Shown: positions 20,183-29,460 of the stretch, piece after piece | Layout of the letters: each line of letters begins with the position of its first letter | Numbering within the stretch: position 1 is the first letter of the stretch | Origin: Deltaproteobacteria bacterium | Lineage (GTDB): Bacteria > Desulfobacterota > Binatia > UBA9968 | DNA: 64,000 bases | Direction of reading: 5' to 3' | NCBI GenBank assembly: GCA_016193465.1 | Contig: JACPSE010000124.1 | Coordinates: 290 to 64,289 of the forward strand | Program-made: the position numbers and the translations under genes | Notes under the pieces: model-generated | Databases searched by the model: none | What the model was told of the DNA's origin: nothing | The model's input: the letters and a program-made list of their open reading frames with translations, nothing else

Positions 20183-20659
20183 ATGGAGGCCCACCCGGGA
20201 ACTTATGCGCTTATCCTGCGCGCTTCAACTCGCCAGCGCCTCTTTGTCGGACAGCTTGGGCCGTTGCAGGTCAGCTTTGGTATCTATATCTACGTGGGCA
20301 GTGCCTTCGGCCCCGGCGGTTTGGCCGCCCGGGTAGCGCGCCACCAGCGCCAGACTCAAGTTCGGCATTGGCATATCGACTATTTGCGACCTCTCACGCA
20401 GCCCGAGGCGGTGTGGTACACGTATGATCAACTTCGGCGGGAACACCAGTGGGCTGGGCTATTCCAGGTTCTTCCGGGAGCGGTCGTCCCTTTACCGGGT
20501 TTTGGCTCTTCCGACTGTCAATGTGCCGCGCACCTGTTTTACTTTCGCACGCTACCGGCGTTTGCCACTTTCCGCAAGCATGCCTATGCTGAGGCTCCCA
20601 GTGCTTATCCCATATATCGTTTGGGGAGAGAGCAGGGTTGGGCTTCTGTCAACTTCTGA
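20183..20659 (+). CDS. GIY-YIG nuclease superfamily protein (DUF123-like)
   Basis: GTYALIL...GIYIYVGSA GIY-YIG core; size about 160 aa. Confidence 0.6.
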   Translation: MEAHPGTYALILRASTRQRLFVGQLGPLQVSFGIYIYVGSAFGPGGLAARVARHQRQTQVRHWHIDYLRPLTQPEAVWYTYDQLRREHQWAGLFQVLPGAVVPLPGFGSSDCQCAAHLFYFRTLPAFATFRKHAYAEAPSAYPIYRLGREQGWASVNF

Positions 20660-20743
20660 ACGGGTCTCAAGATAGGGCCGGACATCGCCCGGCAACCTAG
20701 GGTAAAAAAGGATCAAACGAGCTGGGAGTAAGGGGCTGGATTG

Positions 20744-21751
20744 CTACCCCGGCCCTGGGCCGAAAATTTCACCAAAGAGTTTCTGATAGTAGCCGACCTT
20801 GTCGCCGATCTCAGGATTGTTGATGTGAAGCTTGATGCCTTTGGGGACCCAGGGGGCATCAATGCCAGTCCGGGCAGGCTCAAGGCTCTCGCTAAGGTAG
20901 GCTTTTTGTCCTTCTTCGGAAAGAAGATAGTCCATGAAAAGCTTTGCGGCATTGGGATGCGGGGCGTTCTTACTGATGCCCCCAACCACCGTGTGGACGA
21001 TTGCGGGTTCAAGCACGTGCCAGTCTATGGGGGCCCCCTTTTGCTTTAGGCGCTCCACATTGTAGGCATATAGATCGAGCACCAAAGGAATTTCCCCTGT
21101 TGCCACTAAATTGGCCAGGAAGGTAGTTCCCGAGCGCAGGCTCACGTTCTGGCGCGCGAGCTTTTTCATATATTCGATTCCCTGGGCCTCGCCTTTGATC
21201 TTCAGAAGATTGACGAACCAGACGTAGGCGGCATCTTCAACTCCCAGATTATCTTTCCATTTGGGATCCAGGAGATCGTCGTACGAGCGCGGCAAGTCCT
21301 GCTTACGAACCAGCTTGGTATTGTACGCTAGGGCATGAAGGAACTTGTAAAGAGCGGTGTAATGACCGTCAGGATCTTTCAGCTCATTAGGGAAGAACTT
21401 CCTTTCCGGTGACTCATACTTCAGCAGCAGCCCTTTTTTCTTAAAAATGTCGATGTACCAGTCCGTCGTGCGCACGATGTCGGTGACATGTTTGCCGGCT
21501 TTGCTTTCGGCCTCGAAGCGGATCAGAAGTCTCTGGCTCTGGATGCGAAACTTTTTTGCCTGGAGGAACGGGTATTTTTTAGAGAAGTTCTTGCCCAGGA
21601 TTTCGTCGATTTCGCTTGAGCCTCCGCCATACCAGACGACTTCCCCTTCCTTCTTTGCGCCTTCAATAATTTCCGGGCTGGCCGCCAGCACGAGGGAGGC
21701 CGTGAGCCAAAAGCCGGCGAATGCCAAGAGGGTGATAGCGAATTTGCGCAT
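20744..21751 (-). CDS. Periplasmic solute-binding protein (ABC-type SBP family 1; iron(III)/polyamine-like), orphan
   Basis: Signal peptide, about 320 aa bilobed SBP pattern; no permease or ATPase adjacent. Confidence 0.6.
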   Translation of the reverse strand: MRKFAITLLAFAGFWLTASLVLAASPEIIEGAKKEGEVVWYGGGSSEIDEILGKNFSKKYPFLQAKKFRIQSQRLLIRFEAESKAGKHVTDIVRTTDWYIDIFKKKGLLLKYESPERKFFPNELKDPDGHYTALYKFLHALAYNTKLVRKQDLPRSYDDLLDPKWKDNLGVEDAAYVWFVNLLKIKGEAQGIEYMKKLARQNVSLRSGTTFLANLVATGEIPLVLDLYAYNVERLKQKGAPIDWHVLEPAIVHTVVGGISKNAPHPNAAKLFMDYLLSEEGQKAYLSESLEPARTGIDAPWVPKGIKLHINNPEIGDKVGYYQKLFGEIFGPGPG

Positions 21752-22068
21752 CTTGTCCTCCTTTGCGTCAGGAAAGCACCTTAAGTTTGCTTGCCGTGCC
21801 ATAGAATCTCAGAAAGCTTCATCTCCGCTATTATCCGCTATCACAGGGAAAGGTGCGGAATCAAGAGCATGCCCTCTCCCTCATTGGTGAAGCCTAAAAC
21901 TAAGTTCAAAACACAAGAACCGAAACGACCCTGAAAGAGATAACCGTGTATACCTTTCACGCCAAAACCTCGACACCAAACCGATACAACTGCTCGCTAT
22001 GATACCGATGTACGCTCTGCGATCACTGTCGTTGCAGAAGATCGGGATTGAGCGCACGCCCATCTCGC

Positions 22069-22995
22069 TTAATGTTCACACTTATGAACTTCAACGGTTG
22101 CGTGGACAAGCCCGATGTTGTCTGGCAGTAAACTTCTGTAGTGCTCAGGCGGTTTTGGTTGGTCGGTAACAATAGAGATGGCAGCCACGTAAACATCGAG
22201 GCCGATGGACCAAAGATGAAGATCAGCGATGCGGTTCCCGTCTTTTTGTTCGATGGCTTCCTTTATGCTCTTCTCCAACTGCGGTAAAGCCTGTTTATCG
22301 AGCAAGACACTGCTCGTATCTTTTAGCAGACCCCACGACCATCTGGAAACCAAGATTGCGCCTACGACGCCCATCAGCGGGTCCATCCACACAAGACCCA
22401 AAAACTTACCGGCTGACAATGCAAAGATGGCGAGTAAAGAAGTTAAGGCGTCCGCCAGAACATGGAGATAAGCGGCTCTTAGGTTGTGATCAGAGCGATC
22501 AGGTGAATATGGCGAGCAATGCCATTCCTCTTCGTCATGACGCTCACCCAAAATCCAAATACTCAACACATTCACTGCGAGGCCAACGACGGCCACGCCA
22601 ATTGCCGAATTGAAGATAATTTCAACGGGGTTGAGAAATCGATTGATGCTCTCCAGCGCCATAATCAGCGCGAAAACCGCAAGAAGAATAGCGCTGCTAA
22701 AACCGGCTAGTGCGTTAATCTTACCGGTTCCAAAACTAAAACGCCGATCGTGAGCGCGCCTTCGCACGTATAGGTACGCGAACGCCGTGATTCCCAAGGC
22801 CGTAGCATGAGATGCCATATGAAGGCCGTCGGCCAGTAGTGCCATTGAGCCAAAGGCAATGCCAGCGCCGATCTCGACGACCATCATGGCCGTGGTAATC
22901 GCAATAACCAGCAGCGTTCGGCGCTCGCCTGTCTTAACCTGATCCTGACCAAAAATATGCTCGTGCTGCCAAAGGTGAAGAGAATGGGTATGCAT
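22069..22995 (-). CDS. Cation diffusion facilitator (CDF) family metal efflux transporter
   Basis: Six TM helices with HxxxD-type metal sites (ALLADGLHMASHA, HVLADALTS), C-terminal cytoplasmic domain; locally lower GC. Confidence 0.8.
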   Translation of the reverse strand: MHTHSLHLWQHEHIFGQDQVKTGERRTLLVIAITTAMMVVEIGAGIAFGSMALLADGLHMASHATALGITAFAYLYVRRRAHDRRFSFGTGKINALAGFSSAILLAVFALIMALESINRFLNPVEIIFNSAIGVAVVGLAVNVLSIWILGERHDEEEWHCSPYSPDRSDHNLRAAYLHVLADALTSLLAIFALSAGKFLGLVWMDPLMGVVGAILVSRWSWGLLKDTSSVLLDKQALPQLEKSIKEAIEQKDGNRIADLHLWSIGLDVYVAAISIVTDQPKPPEHYRSLLPDNIGLVHATVEVHKCEH

Positions 22996-23113
22996 GAGTC
23001 ACTCCATGAAATTGTTTATTCGATCCGTCTTCAGATACTTTTTTTCGTTTGCGGTATAACGCACGGCTGAGCCGCCCTGTCGGTCTCAAGCCGATGGTTA
23101 GGCACCCCTAAGT

Positions 23114-23162
23114 AAGCCATTGGGGTCAAGTAAGCCATTGGGGTCAAAGCCATTGGGGTCAG
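23114..23162. repeat. Triple tandem REP-like repeat (aagccattggggtca x3) adjacent to RAYT transposase
   Basis: Three consecutive copies of a 15-mer immediately 3' of the transposase gene. Confidence 0.6.
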
Positions 23163-23166
23163 ACTT

Positions 23167-24093
23167 CTACGACTCAACAATTCTAGCAAGTCTCTCTACG
23201 TTCCGTGCAACCTGCTCGTCGGACTGCATCCGCTCGAATAGCCGCGCGACCAAGGTTCCCACCGTTGCCATGTCCCTTCGTAGATAGACCGCCACCTCTC
23301 CAATTCCATAGCCGAGTCGCCGCACTAACACGTACGCTATCATAGTCCGAGCCTTTGATACACTCCAACTACGATCCGGGCTCCTGAGCGCCTCAACTCC
23401 AATCTCCAACCCTTGGGCTAACTCCTTTAAAACAGCAGCGACGGGTTTTCGGTTAGCTGCTTTTTGCCCTTTTCCCAGCTTTTCTTGAATCTTATCCCCA
23501 AATCCTTCGGCTCCTAAAAACCTCTGATCCTCCACCTCGTAATACTCTTCCTTATGTCCATCACCGAGACCGTCAAGAACGAATCTCCTGTAGGCCCCTT
23601 TTCCACCAAAGAGCCTGAGCACTTTTGTTGTATCAAGGACTTCGGTCGGCTTGCCTTCCAAATACACCCTATGTCCACCGTAGCCATACCGCTCAGGTCT
23701 CTTCACTATCCCGGCCCGTACAGGGTTAAGATGAATGTAACGAATGAGCTCCAGTAAGTACTCATCTTTCTCACAAATAATGGCTCTGTATCTCCCCTGA
23801 AAAACGTGTCCGACCTTATGATGCCGTAAGTTAAAATACTGGCTGTAGGATTGCTGAAGTCCCTGCATGAATTTAGCCAAGGGCTGATCGGAACTCTCCA
23901 GCAATAGATGGACATGATTGGGCATCAAACAGTAAGCGTAGACCGAATAATCATATTTTCTACGGTACTTGGCCAGTCGTTCTATGTAGGCCTGATAGTC
24001 CTGGTCGTTAAGGAAGGTTTTCTGTCTTTGGTTTCCTCGAACAATGACATGGTAGAGCAGAGCGGGAGCGAACAATCGTGGACGACGAGCCAC
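23167..24093 (-). mobile_element. IS200/IS605-like Y1 (HuH) transposase of the REP-associated tyrosine transposase type, with C-terminal DnaA-C-like HTH domain
   Basis: YHVIVRGN, CLMPNHVHLL HuH motif, catalytic Tyr region; C-terminal ARTMIAYVLVRRLGYGIGEVAVYL resembles DnaA C-terminal HTH; lower GC than surroundings. Confidence 0.75.
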
Positions 24094-24305
24094 GACCTAT
24101 CTCGATGACCCCTATCTCCTCCCCTATCTCCTCCCCCTTGCACGTTATAGTGGCGCGTTTTGATCGCCTGGCGTACTTCTACCCCAAAGCGGGGTAACCT
24201 TCATATTCCCTTCTGCCCTGACTATCGGCTGACTCTTTAGACGAATGGGAATCAGCAGAGTTCAACAGGCCAAATGGCTGCGGGGTGTTAAACGGAAGGA
24301 AAGAC

Positions 24306-25460
24306 TTAGCCCTTGCAGACGATCCACTCGCGCCGGAAGGAGTTCAGGCTCTCGCAGCCGTTCTTGCGGACGAGCAGTGTCTCGCCGAACTGAAGGCCCA
24401 TCTTCTCGTCGTGGGTGATGACGTTGGGCTGGATAACGATGACCATGTTTTCGCGGAAGATCACTTCGCCGCTTTCGTGGCGGGCGGTGGTGCGGCTCTG
24501 GATGATGGGAGGGTATTGGTTGGCGCCGTGAATCAGATCGTCGTAGATGCTGTAGCCGCGCCGGTGGATGACCTCCGCGGCCTCTTCGGCCTCCCGCGTG
24601 GATGTCCCGTCTTTGATCAGTCCCGCCAGGATCTCGAATGCCTCGACGGCGGCATCGTGGAGCTTGCGCCATTCTGGAGTCGGCCCTTCGCCTAACGAGT
24701 AGCTGCGGTGAATCTGCCCGCTGTAGCCCCAATAGGCGCCGCTGATTTCGGTAATCAGGCAGTCGCCGCGCTGGAGTCGCCTGTTCGATTGGAACTGCGC
24801 CGGCACGGAAAAATGGGGGTCGCGCATCGGCATGCTGGTCATAAAATGGATGCCCGCATAGCCCCCGGCCTTAAGGTAAATCGGCTCGATCAGAGCGGGT
24901 ATCTCATCTTCGCGCATTCCGACCTTGATCCCGTCAGCGAGCGCCTGCATGGACTGGTCGGTGAGCTTCGAGGCGAAGCGAATGCGCTCGATCTCTTCCT
25001 GACTCTTGATCGTCCTCAACATCCTGAACTTACCGCTGAGATCGATGAATTCCGCCTGGGGAAATCGCTCCCGCATCTTTTGATACTGCGCGTGAGGGAT
25101 GCCTCCGACAAGCCCGACCCGCCTGTTCGCCAGCCCGCGCTCCTGGAGCAGCGCCGCAACCCCGTTCCCAGTGTTGGCGCCAGCCCAACGAACATCCCGC
25201 ACGACCGAAAGGACGCGCGCCATCGGCACATGATTGTAGAGCTGCACAAGCACGACAGGTTCCCGCTCCTGCTGGAACAGCACGTATGCCTCGCGGCCTC
25301 CCGGCCAGTCTGTCAACCAATAGATCTCTGACGCAAACCTGCCGGCCCCGTAAACCAGCAGGGCATGGAGATTGTTTTGATCCAGTAATTGACACACCTC
25401 GGCGTGGCGATTAGCCATCTCGCCGTGAGAGAATCGGAGGAACTGGGAACTGTCACGCAT
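24306..25460 (-). CDS. M24 family metallopeptidase (Xaa-Pro aminopeptidase/creatinase-like)
   Basis: Creatinase_N-like N-terminus and pita-bread fold with metal-ligand His/Glu pattern; start chosen at MRDSS, downstream of the repeat-containing upstream part of the long ORF. Confidence 0.75.
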   Translation of the reverse strand: MRDSSQFLRFSHGEMANRHAEVCQLLDQNNLHALLVYGAGRFASEIYWLTDWPGGREAYVLFQQEREPVVLVQLYNHVPMARVLSVVRDVRWAGANTGNGVAALLQERGLANRRVGLVGGIPHAQYQKMRERFPQAEFIDLSGKFRMLRTIKSQEEIERIRFASKLTDQSMQALADGIKVGMREDEIPALIEPIYLKAGGYAGIHFMTSMPMRDPHFSVPAQFQSNRRLQRGDCLITEISGAYWGYSGQIHRSYSLGEGPTPEWRKLHDAAVEAFEILAGLIKDGTSTREAEEAAEVIHRRGYSIYDDLIHGANQYPPIIQSRTTARHESGEVIFRENMVIVIQPNVITHDEKMGLQFGETLLVRKNGCESLNSFRREWIVCKG

Positions 25461-25533
25461 TGAAATCTTCCTCGAGGTCGGATATCCAAAGGTGATAGCG
25501 GAGATTATCCGATGATGAGCGGAACTGTCAACG

Positions 25534-25620
25534 CAAGCCCTTCGGGATTTCAAATAGCATATTTCAAATCTCAGATCTGAAATATGAGATCTGCAATGTG
25601 AGATTCCGAGCGGAGCGAGG
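25534..25620. repeat. About 88-bp intergenic palindrome-containing element, copy A (second copy inverted at 42751..42840)
   Basis: caagcccttcgggat..ttcaaatagca..tcagatctgaaat..tgagattccgagcggagcgagg; near-identical to the reverse complement of 42751..42840. Confidence 0.7.
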
Positions 25621-25621
25621 A

Positions 25622-26848
25622 CTACCGACTGTGCTCTTTGCGGTGGGCGTATAGATCGGTGGCGGTCTTGAAGGCAATCAGAAGGAGCAGAGCCGCCGCA
25701 GGAGTTCCGAGGGCCATCGTGAGGAAGCCCCCAAAGATGATGGTGAGGTGCATCACGATGATCCGTTTGTAGGGCTCGCCCATCTGCGTCTTCATGTCCA
25801 TGCCGACAAACTCGCGCCGGCCGACGTAATTCGTGAAAAAGGAGACGCCGTGGCTGATAAAGAGGCCGGCCAGCGCGGGCCACAGAGGGAGGAAGAGATC
25901 GAGCAGCGCGACCCATGCCCCGGGCTCGGGGCCGGTAGCAGCGAGGCCGCGCACAAAGAAGTAATAAAGGAAAAGGAAGTGGCCCGCCATGAATCCGCCG
26001 AAGTGGCCGACGAAGAACGGGACCACGAAAATAGCAACCCATTTCGCGACAATCACCAGCTTGAGCACGTTCCAGAAACCGATCACCGCGCTCTCGGCCC
26101 AGAAGAGAACCATCACCTCACCGAGCTTCCAGTTCAGGAAAAGCACCCCTCCGAGAGGAATCAAGTTCGCGCCGATCAGGGCGAGAGTGGAAGGGGGGGT
26201 GAGCGAGGGAACGGAACCCTGCCGTGCTGGCTGAGCGGCCGCCCGAGCCCGGGATGGAGCCGGAGAGGGCTCCGGAGCCGGCGGTGCGGCCATTTCGTCT
26301 GCTACGAGTCGGGAGGTGCGCGGGGCCGCCTGCCGGATTACCGCGATCAGTCTTTCCGCGTCGGCCCGCTCCATCGCGTCGCCCAGGCCGCTGCTGCCGT
26401 TGCCGTAATCGAAGCGTATCCGCACGGCCTCTTTGGGATGGCGCTCGGCGCGCTCCAGCCGGAGGTTGCGGATCTTTGCGAGATCGTACTCGGTGCGGAG
26501 CCGCAGCGGGCCCAAGCGGGGCGTGTGTATCAGACGCTCGCCAACTACCTGCGCGGACTCGCCGTAAAAGAAAAACAGGACGGTTAGCGCCCCCAGAAAG
26601 AAGACGCCGGCCGACCAGCCCAGGACCCAGAACCCCTGAAACAGGACGACGGCGAGATCGAAAACGTTCCTGATCTCGTGACCGCGCATCGAGGCGATCT
26701 GGCTCCAGGCGATGGCGGCAAAGATCAGGAACGCGCCCCCGAAGAAGATCCCTACGGGCCACATGCGCCGGGCGGGGAGGGGAAGCGGGATGCCACCCTC
26801 CTCATCGTAGAGCAAAATTCTGAAGCGTTCCGGGCGGGCTTTGCGCAT
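25622..26848 (-). CDS. Hypothetical integral membrane protein (two membrane domains joined by Pro/Ala-rich linker)
   Basis: N-terminal 3 TM + soluble region, PAPEPSPAPS linker, C-terminal about 6-TM domain; no recognisable motif. Confidence 0.45.
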   Translation of the reverse strand: MRKARPERFRILLYDEEGGIPLPLPARRMWPVGIFFGGAFLIFAAIAWSQIASMRGHEIRNVFDLAVVLFQGFWVLGWSAGVFFLGALTVLFFFYGESAQVVGERLIHTPRLGPLRLRTEYDLAKIRNLRLERAERHPKEAVRIRFDYGNGSSGLGDAMERADAERLIAVIRQAAPRTSRLVADEMAAPPAPEPSPAPSRARAAAQPARQGSVPSLTPPSTLALIGANLIPLGGVLFLNWKLGEVMVLFWAESAVIGFWNVLKLVIVAKWVAIFVVPFFVGHFGGFMAGHFLFLYYFFVRGLAATGPEPGAWVALLDLFLPLWPALAGLFISHGVSFFTNYVGRREFVGMDMKTQMGEPYKRIIVMHLTIIFGGFLTMALGTPAAALLLLIAFKTATDLYAHRKEHSR

Positions 26849-26928
26849 CCGGGTAAAGTCGGTAGCTCACCGCTCCACCCTTGGAGAATCGGGAAAAGGG
26901 GGAGCTGTCTCGCATCTGTTAACTCGCG

Positions 26929-27930
26929 TTACGCTATTTTTAGCAGGCGTCTGGCGTTGCCTTCGAGGATCAAGTTCTTCTCTTTGTCGGGGCACTCCAG
27001 GGCCTCGATTTTCTCCACCGTCATCCAGTCGCCCAGCGTGTAGGGGTAGTCCGTGCCGACCAGGATGTGCTCGGCTCCGACGATGCGCTTGAGGTAGTCG
27101 AGGGTATCGACGCGGTAGACCATGCTGTCGAAATAGAGGTTCTTCAAGTACTTGCTCGGAGGAGAGGAGGCCTGGGCCGCCCTGGATCCGGAACGGACCG
27201 CATGACCCTGGTCCAGTCTTCCGAGCTGGTAGGGGAAAAATCCGCCGCCGTGCAGGACGCAGAGCTTCAAATTGGGAAATCTGTCGAACACCCCGCTGTA
27301 GCTCATGTACGCCAAGCTCAGGGTGCTGTCGGCCGGGTTGCCGCAAATCAAGCGCAGCCCGTAGCTTTCCATCCGCTCCGAGCCGGCGACGTCTTCGGGG
27401 TGCATCACGATCAGCACGTCCAGGGCTTCGGCCTTTTGCCAAAAGGGATCGAACTTCGGGCTGTTGTAGTATTCTCCGTTTACGTTCGAGCCGATGTAAC
27501 CGCCGCGAAAATTCAGCTCGCGAACCGCATATTCTAACGTCTCCGCCGCGCGCTGAGGGTCTTGCAGCGGCACCGCGGCCAGGGCAACGAAGCGGTCCGG
27601 ATGCTTTTGCACAAGCTCGTGCGACCCCTCATTATAAAGGCGGCACCACCTCTCTCCTCGCTCGCCGTCGAGGCGATAGCCGAGGCTTGCCGTCTGGGCG
27701 ATCAGAGCGCCGATCGCGATCTTTCCCTTCTCCATGATCTCGAATCTCCGCTCCACTTCCGAGAGATCCGGATTGAGAGTGAACTTGGGGCTACCTGAGA
27801 AGGAGAGGGCGGTCTCGCCGTTCTTAGCCTCGGTCACCTCCACGCCTAAAGCCTCGCCATGGCGCCTGGCTTCTTCCAGAAGGCTCGGGGGGATATAGTG
27901 GTGATGGATGTCAATAGCGCAGGTATTCAT
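26929..27930 (-). CDS. Amidohydrolase_2 family protein (ACMSD/LigW-like metal-dependent decarboxylase or hydrolase)
   Basis: IDIHHHYIP N-terminal His-His metal site, TIM-barrel amidohydrolase-2 pattern, C-terminal VGTDYPY. Confidence 0.7.
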   Translation of the reverse strand: MNTCAIDIHHHYIPPSLLEEARRHGEALGVEVTEAKNGETALSFSGSPKFTLNPDLSEVERRFEIMEKGKIAIGALIAQTASLGYRLDGERGERWCRLYNEGSHELVQKHPDRFVALAAVPLQDPQRAAETLEYAVRELNFRGGYIGSNVNGEYYNSPKFDPFWQKAEALDVLIVMHPEDVAGSERMESYGLRLICGNPADSTLSLAYMSYSGVFDRFPNLKLCVLHGGGFFPYQLGRLDQGHAVRSGSRAAQASSPPSKYLKNLYFDSMVYRVDTLDYLKRIVGAEHILVGTDYPYTLGDWMTVEKIEALECPDKEKNLILEGNARRLLKIA

Positions 27931-27946
27931 GGGTTGGTGGTCAGGG

Positions 27947-29437
27947 TCAAATCGCATCATCCGGCCGCTCGTACCTCGCTCTTCCTCTTCTTTCCTTTAT
28001 GGTCGGGTAGGCGACAATAACGATAGTAATGATGATGAGAATGATAACGCTCGGGAACAGGAGCCACTTGCTGCCGTAGGCAGCGGTCGATATCCATAGA
28101 TAGTTCTCGGCAATTTTTCCCAGGATAAGTCCCAAAATAAGAGGCGGCCTGGGCCAGCCGTAGAGAACCATAAAGTAGCCCGCCACCCCGAAAATCAGCG
28201 TGGCAATAAGGTCGGCCAAACTATTGTTGGCCGTGAAGGAGCCAATAAAGACAAAAAATAACAGAAAGGGGATTAAAAGAGATCCGCGAATAAAAGTGAG
28301 GGCAGCGAGCTGATTCAAAATCAAAAAACATAAACCGGCTACGATCAAATTGGCAATGATCAGCACCCAAACCATGGCGAAGGTTACGTCCAGGTGCTGC
28401 TTGAGCATCTCCGGACCCGGATTGAGTCCGACGATCAGAAGCGCGCCAAGTAAAAGCGCCATGCTTCCGCTGCCAGGGATGCCGAATGCTACAGTGGGAA
28501 TGAGGTCCCCGCCACGGGTAGAATTATTCGCGGCTCCCGGACCTAAAACTCCTTCCACGGCACCCTTCCCTGCGTCCTTCACTCCTTGCACTCCATGCGC
28601 GTATGCAATCCATTGGGCGACATTGGCGCCCAAAACCGGCAGCACGCCGAAATAGACCCCGATGAGACTACAGCGCACGGTAAGCCAGAAATGGCGAAAG
28701 GTATCCTTTACCCCTTCGATCACTCCAACTAGTTTCGTCTTGGGAACCTCAGAAATACTCGTCCCCCTAACTGCCAGGTCAACGATCTCAGGAATGGCAA
28801 AGAGCCCAACCACGACCGGAATGATGTCAAGGCGGTCCCAGAGGTAGAGCGAGCCGAAGGTATAGCGCAAAGAGCCGGTTTGCGGATCAACGCCGATTGC
28901 CGCAAGCATCAAACCCACTCCCCCTGCCAGAAGTCCTTTGAGCAGGGAGGCGCCGGCAAGGGTGCCTATGAAGGTAACTCCCATGATCGCAATGATGAAG
29001 AGCTCAGGCGAGCCGAAGAGAAGGACAAGCGGTCGCATAATCGGGATCGACAAGGCAAGCGATAGCGCGCCGACCATAGCCCCAAAAACCGAGCTCGTGA
29101 TCGCCGCCCCGAGGGCCCTTCCCGCCTCGCCCCTTTTCGACATCGGGTAGCCGTCGAGAATGAGAGCGGCGGAAGAACCCTCCCCGGGAATACCAAATAG
29201 AATGGATGTGATATCGCCGGTCGTCCCGGTTACGGCAAGCATACCCAGGAGAAAACAAAACGCCTCAACAGGCTGCTTGATCGTGTAGGAAAAGGGCAGC
29301 ATCAAGGCAAGCGTAGCGAGCCCTCCTAAGCCGGGAAGAAGACCAACGAAAAACCCGACCGCGATCCCGATCAGCAAATAGCCAAAGGCCGGCCAGGCCA
29401 GCACCTGCCAGAAGCCGCTAACGAACGCATCAATCAC
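27947..29437 (-). CDS. tctA: Tripartite tricarboxylate transporter large permease TctA
   Basis: About 500 aa, many TM helices, duplicated Gly-rich TctA motifs (GLLPGLGG, GFLVGLLPG-like). Confidence 0.85.
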   Translation of the reverse strand: MIDAFVSGFWQVLAWPAFGYLLIGIAVGFFVGLLPGLGGLATLALMLPFSYTIKQPVEAFCFLLGMLAVTGTTGDITSILFGIPGEGSSAALILDGYPMSKRGEAGRALGAAITSSVFGAMVGALSLALSIPIMRPLVLLFGSPELFIIAIMGVTFIGTLAGASLLKGLLAGGVGLMLAAIGVDPQTGSLRYTFGSLYLWDRLDIIPVVVGLFAIPEIVDLAVRGTSISEVPKTKLVGVIEGVKDTFRHFWLTVRCSLIGVYFGVLPVLGANVAQWIAYAHGVQGVKDAGKGAVEGVLGPGAANNSTRGGDLIPTVAFGIPGSGSMALLLGALLIVGLNPGPEMLKQHLDVTFAMVWVLIIANLIVAGLCFLILNQLAALTFIRGSLLIPFLLFFVFIGSFTANNSLADLIATLIFGVAGYFMVLYGWPRPPLILGLILGKIAENYLWISTAAYGSKWLLFPSVIILIIITIVIVAYPTIKERRGRARYERPDDAI

Positions 29438-29460
29438 GTTGTTTCTCCACCTCTCCAGCG

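Noticed and set aside
24306-26042. 578-aa ORF extending the M24 peptidase about 190 codons upstream through the 88-bp repeat element
   Set aside because: The upstream portion is Arg/Pro-rich, translates the palindromic repeat (HISDLRFEICYLKS) and lacks peptidase similarity. True start taken at MRDSS (25460).
26118-26762. Long antisense ORFs inside high-GC genes (e.g. 26118..26762, 25748..26587, 13105..13791, 48027..49655, 49860..50915)
   Set aside because: Arg/Pro/Gly-rich composition typical of spurious ORFs on the antisense of GC-rich coding DNA. Each is fully covered by a well-supported gene on the other strand.
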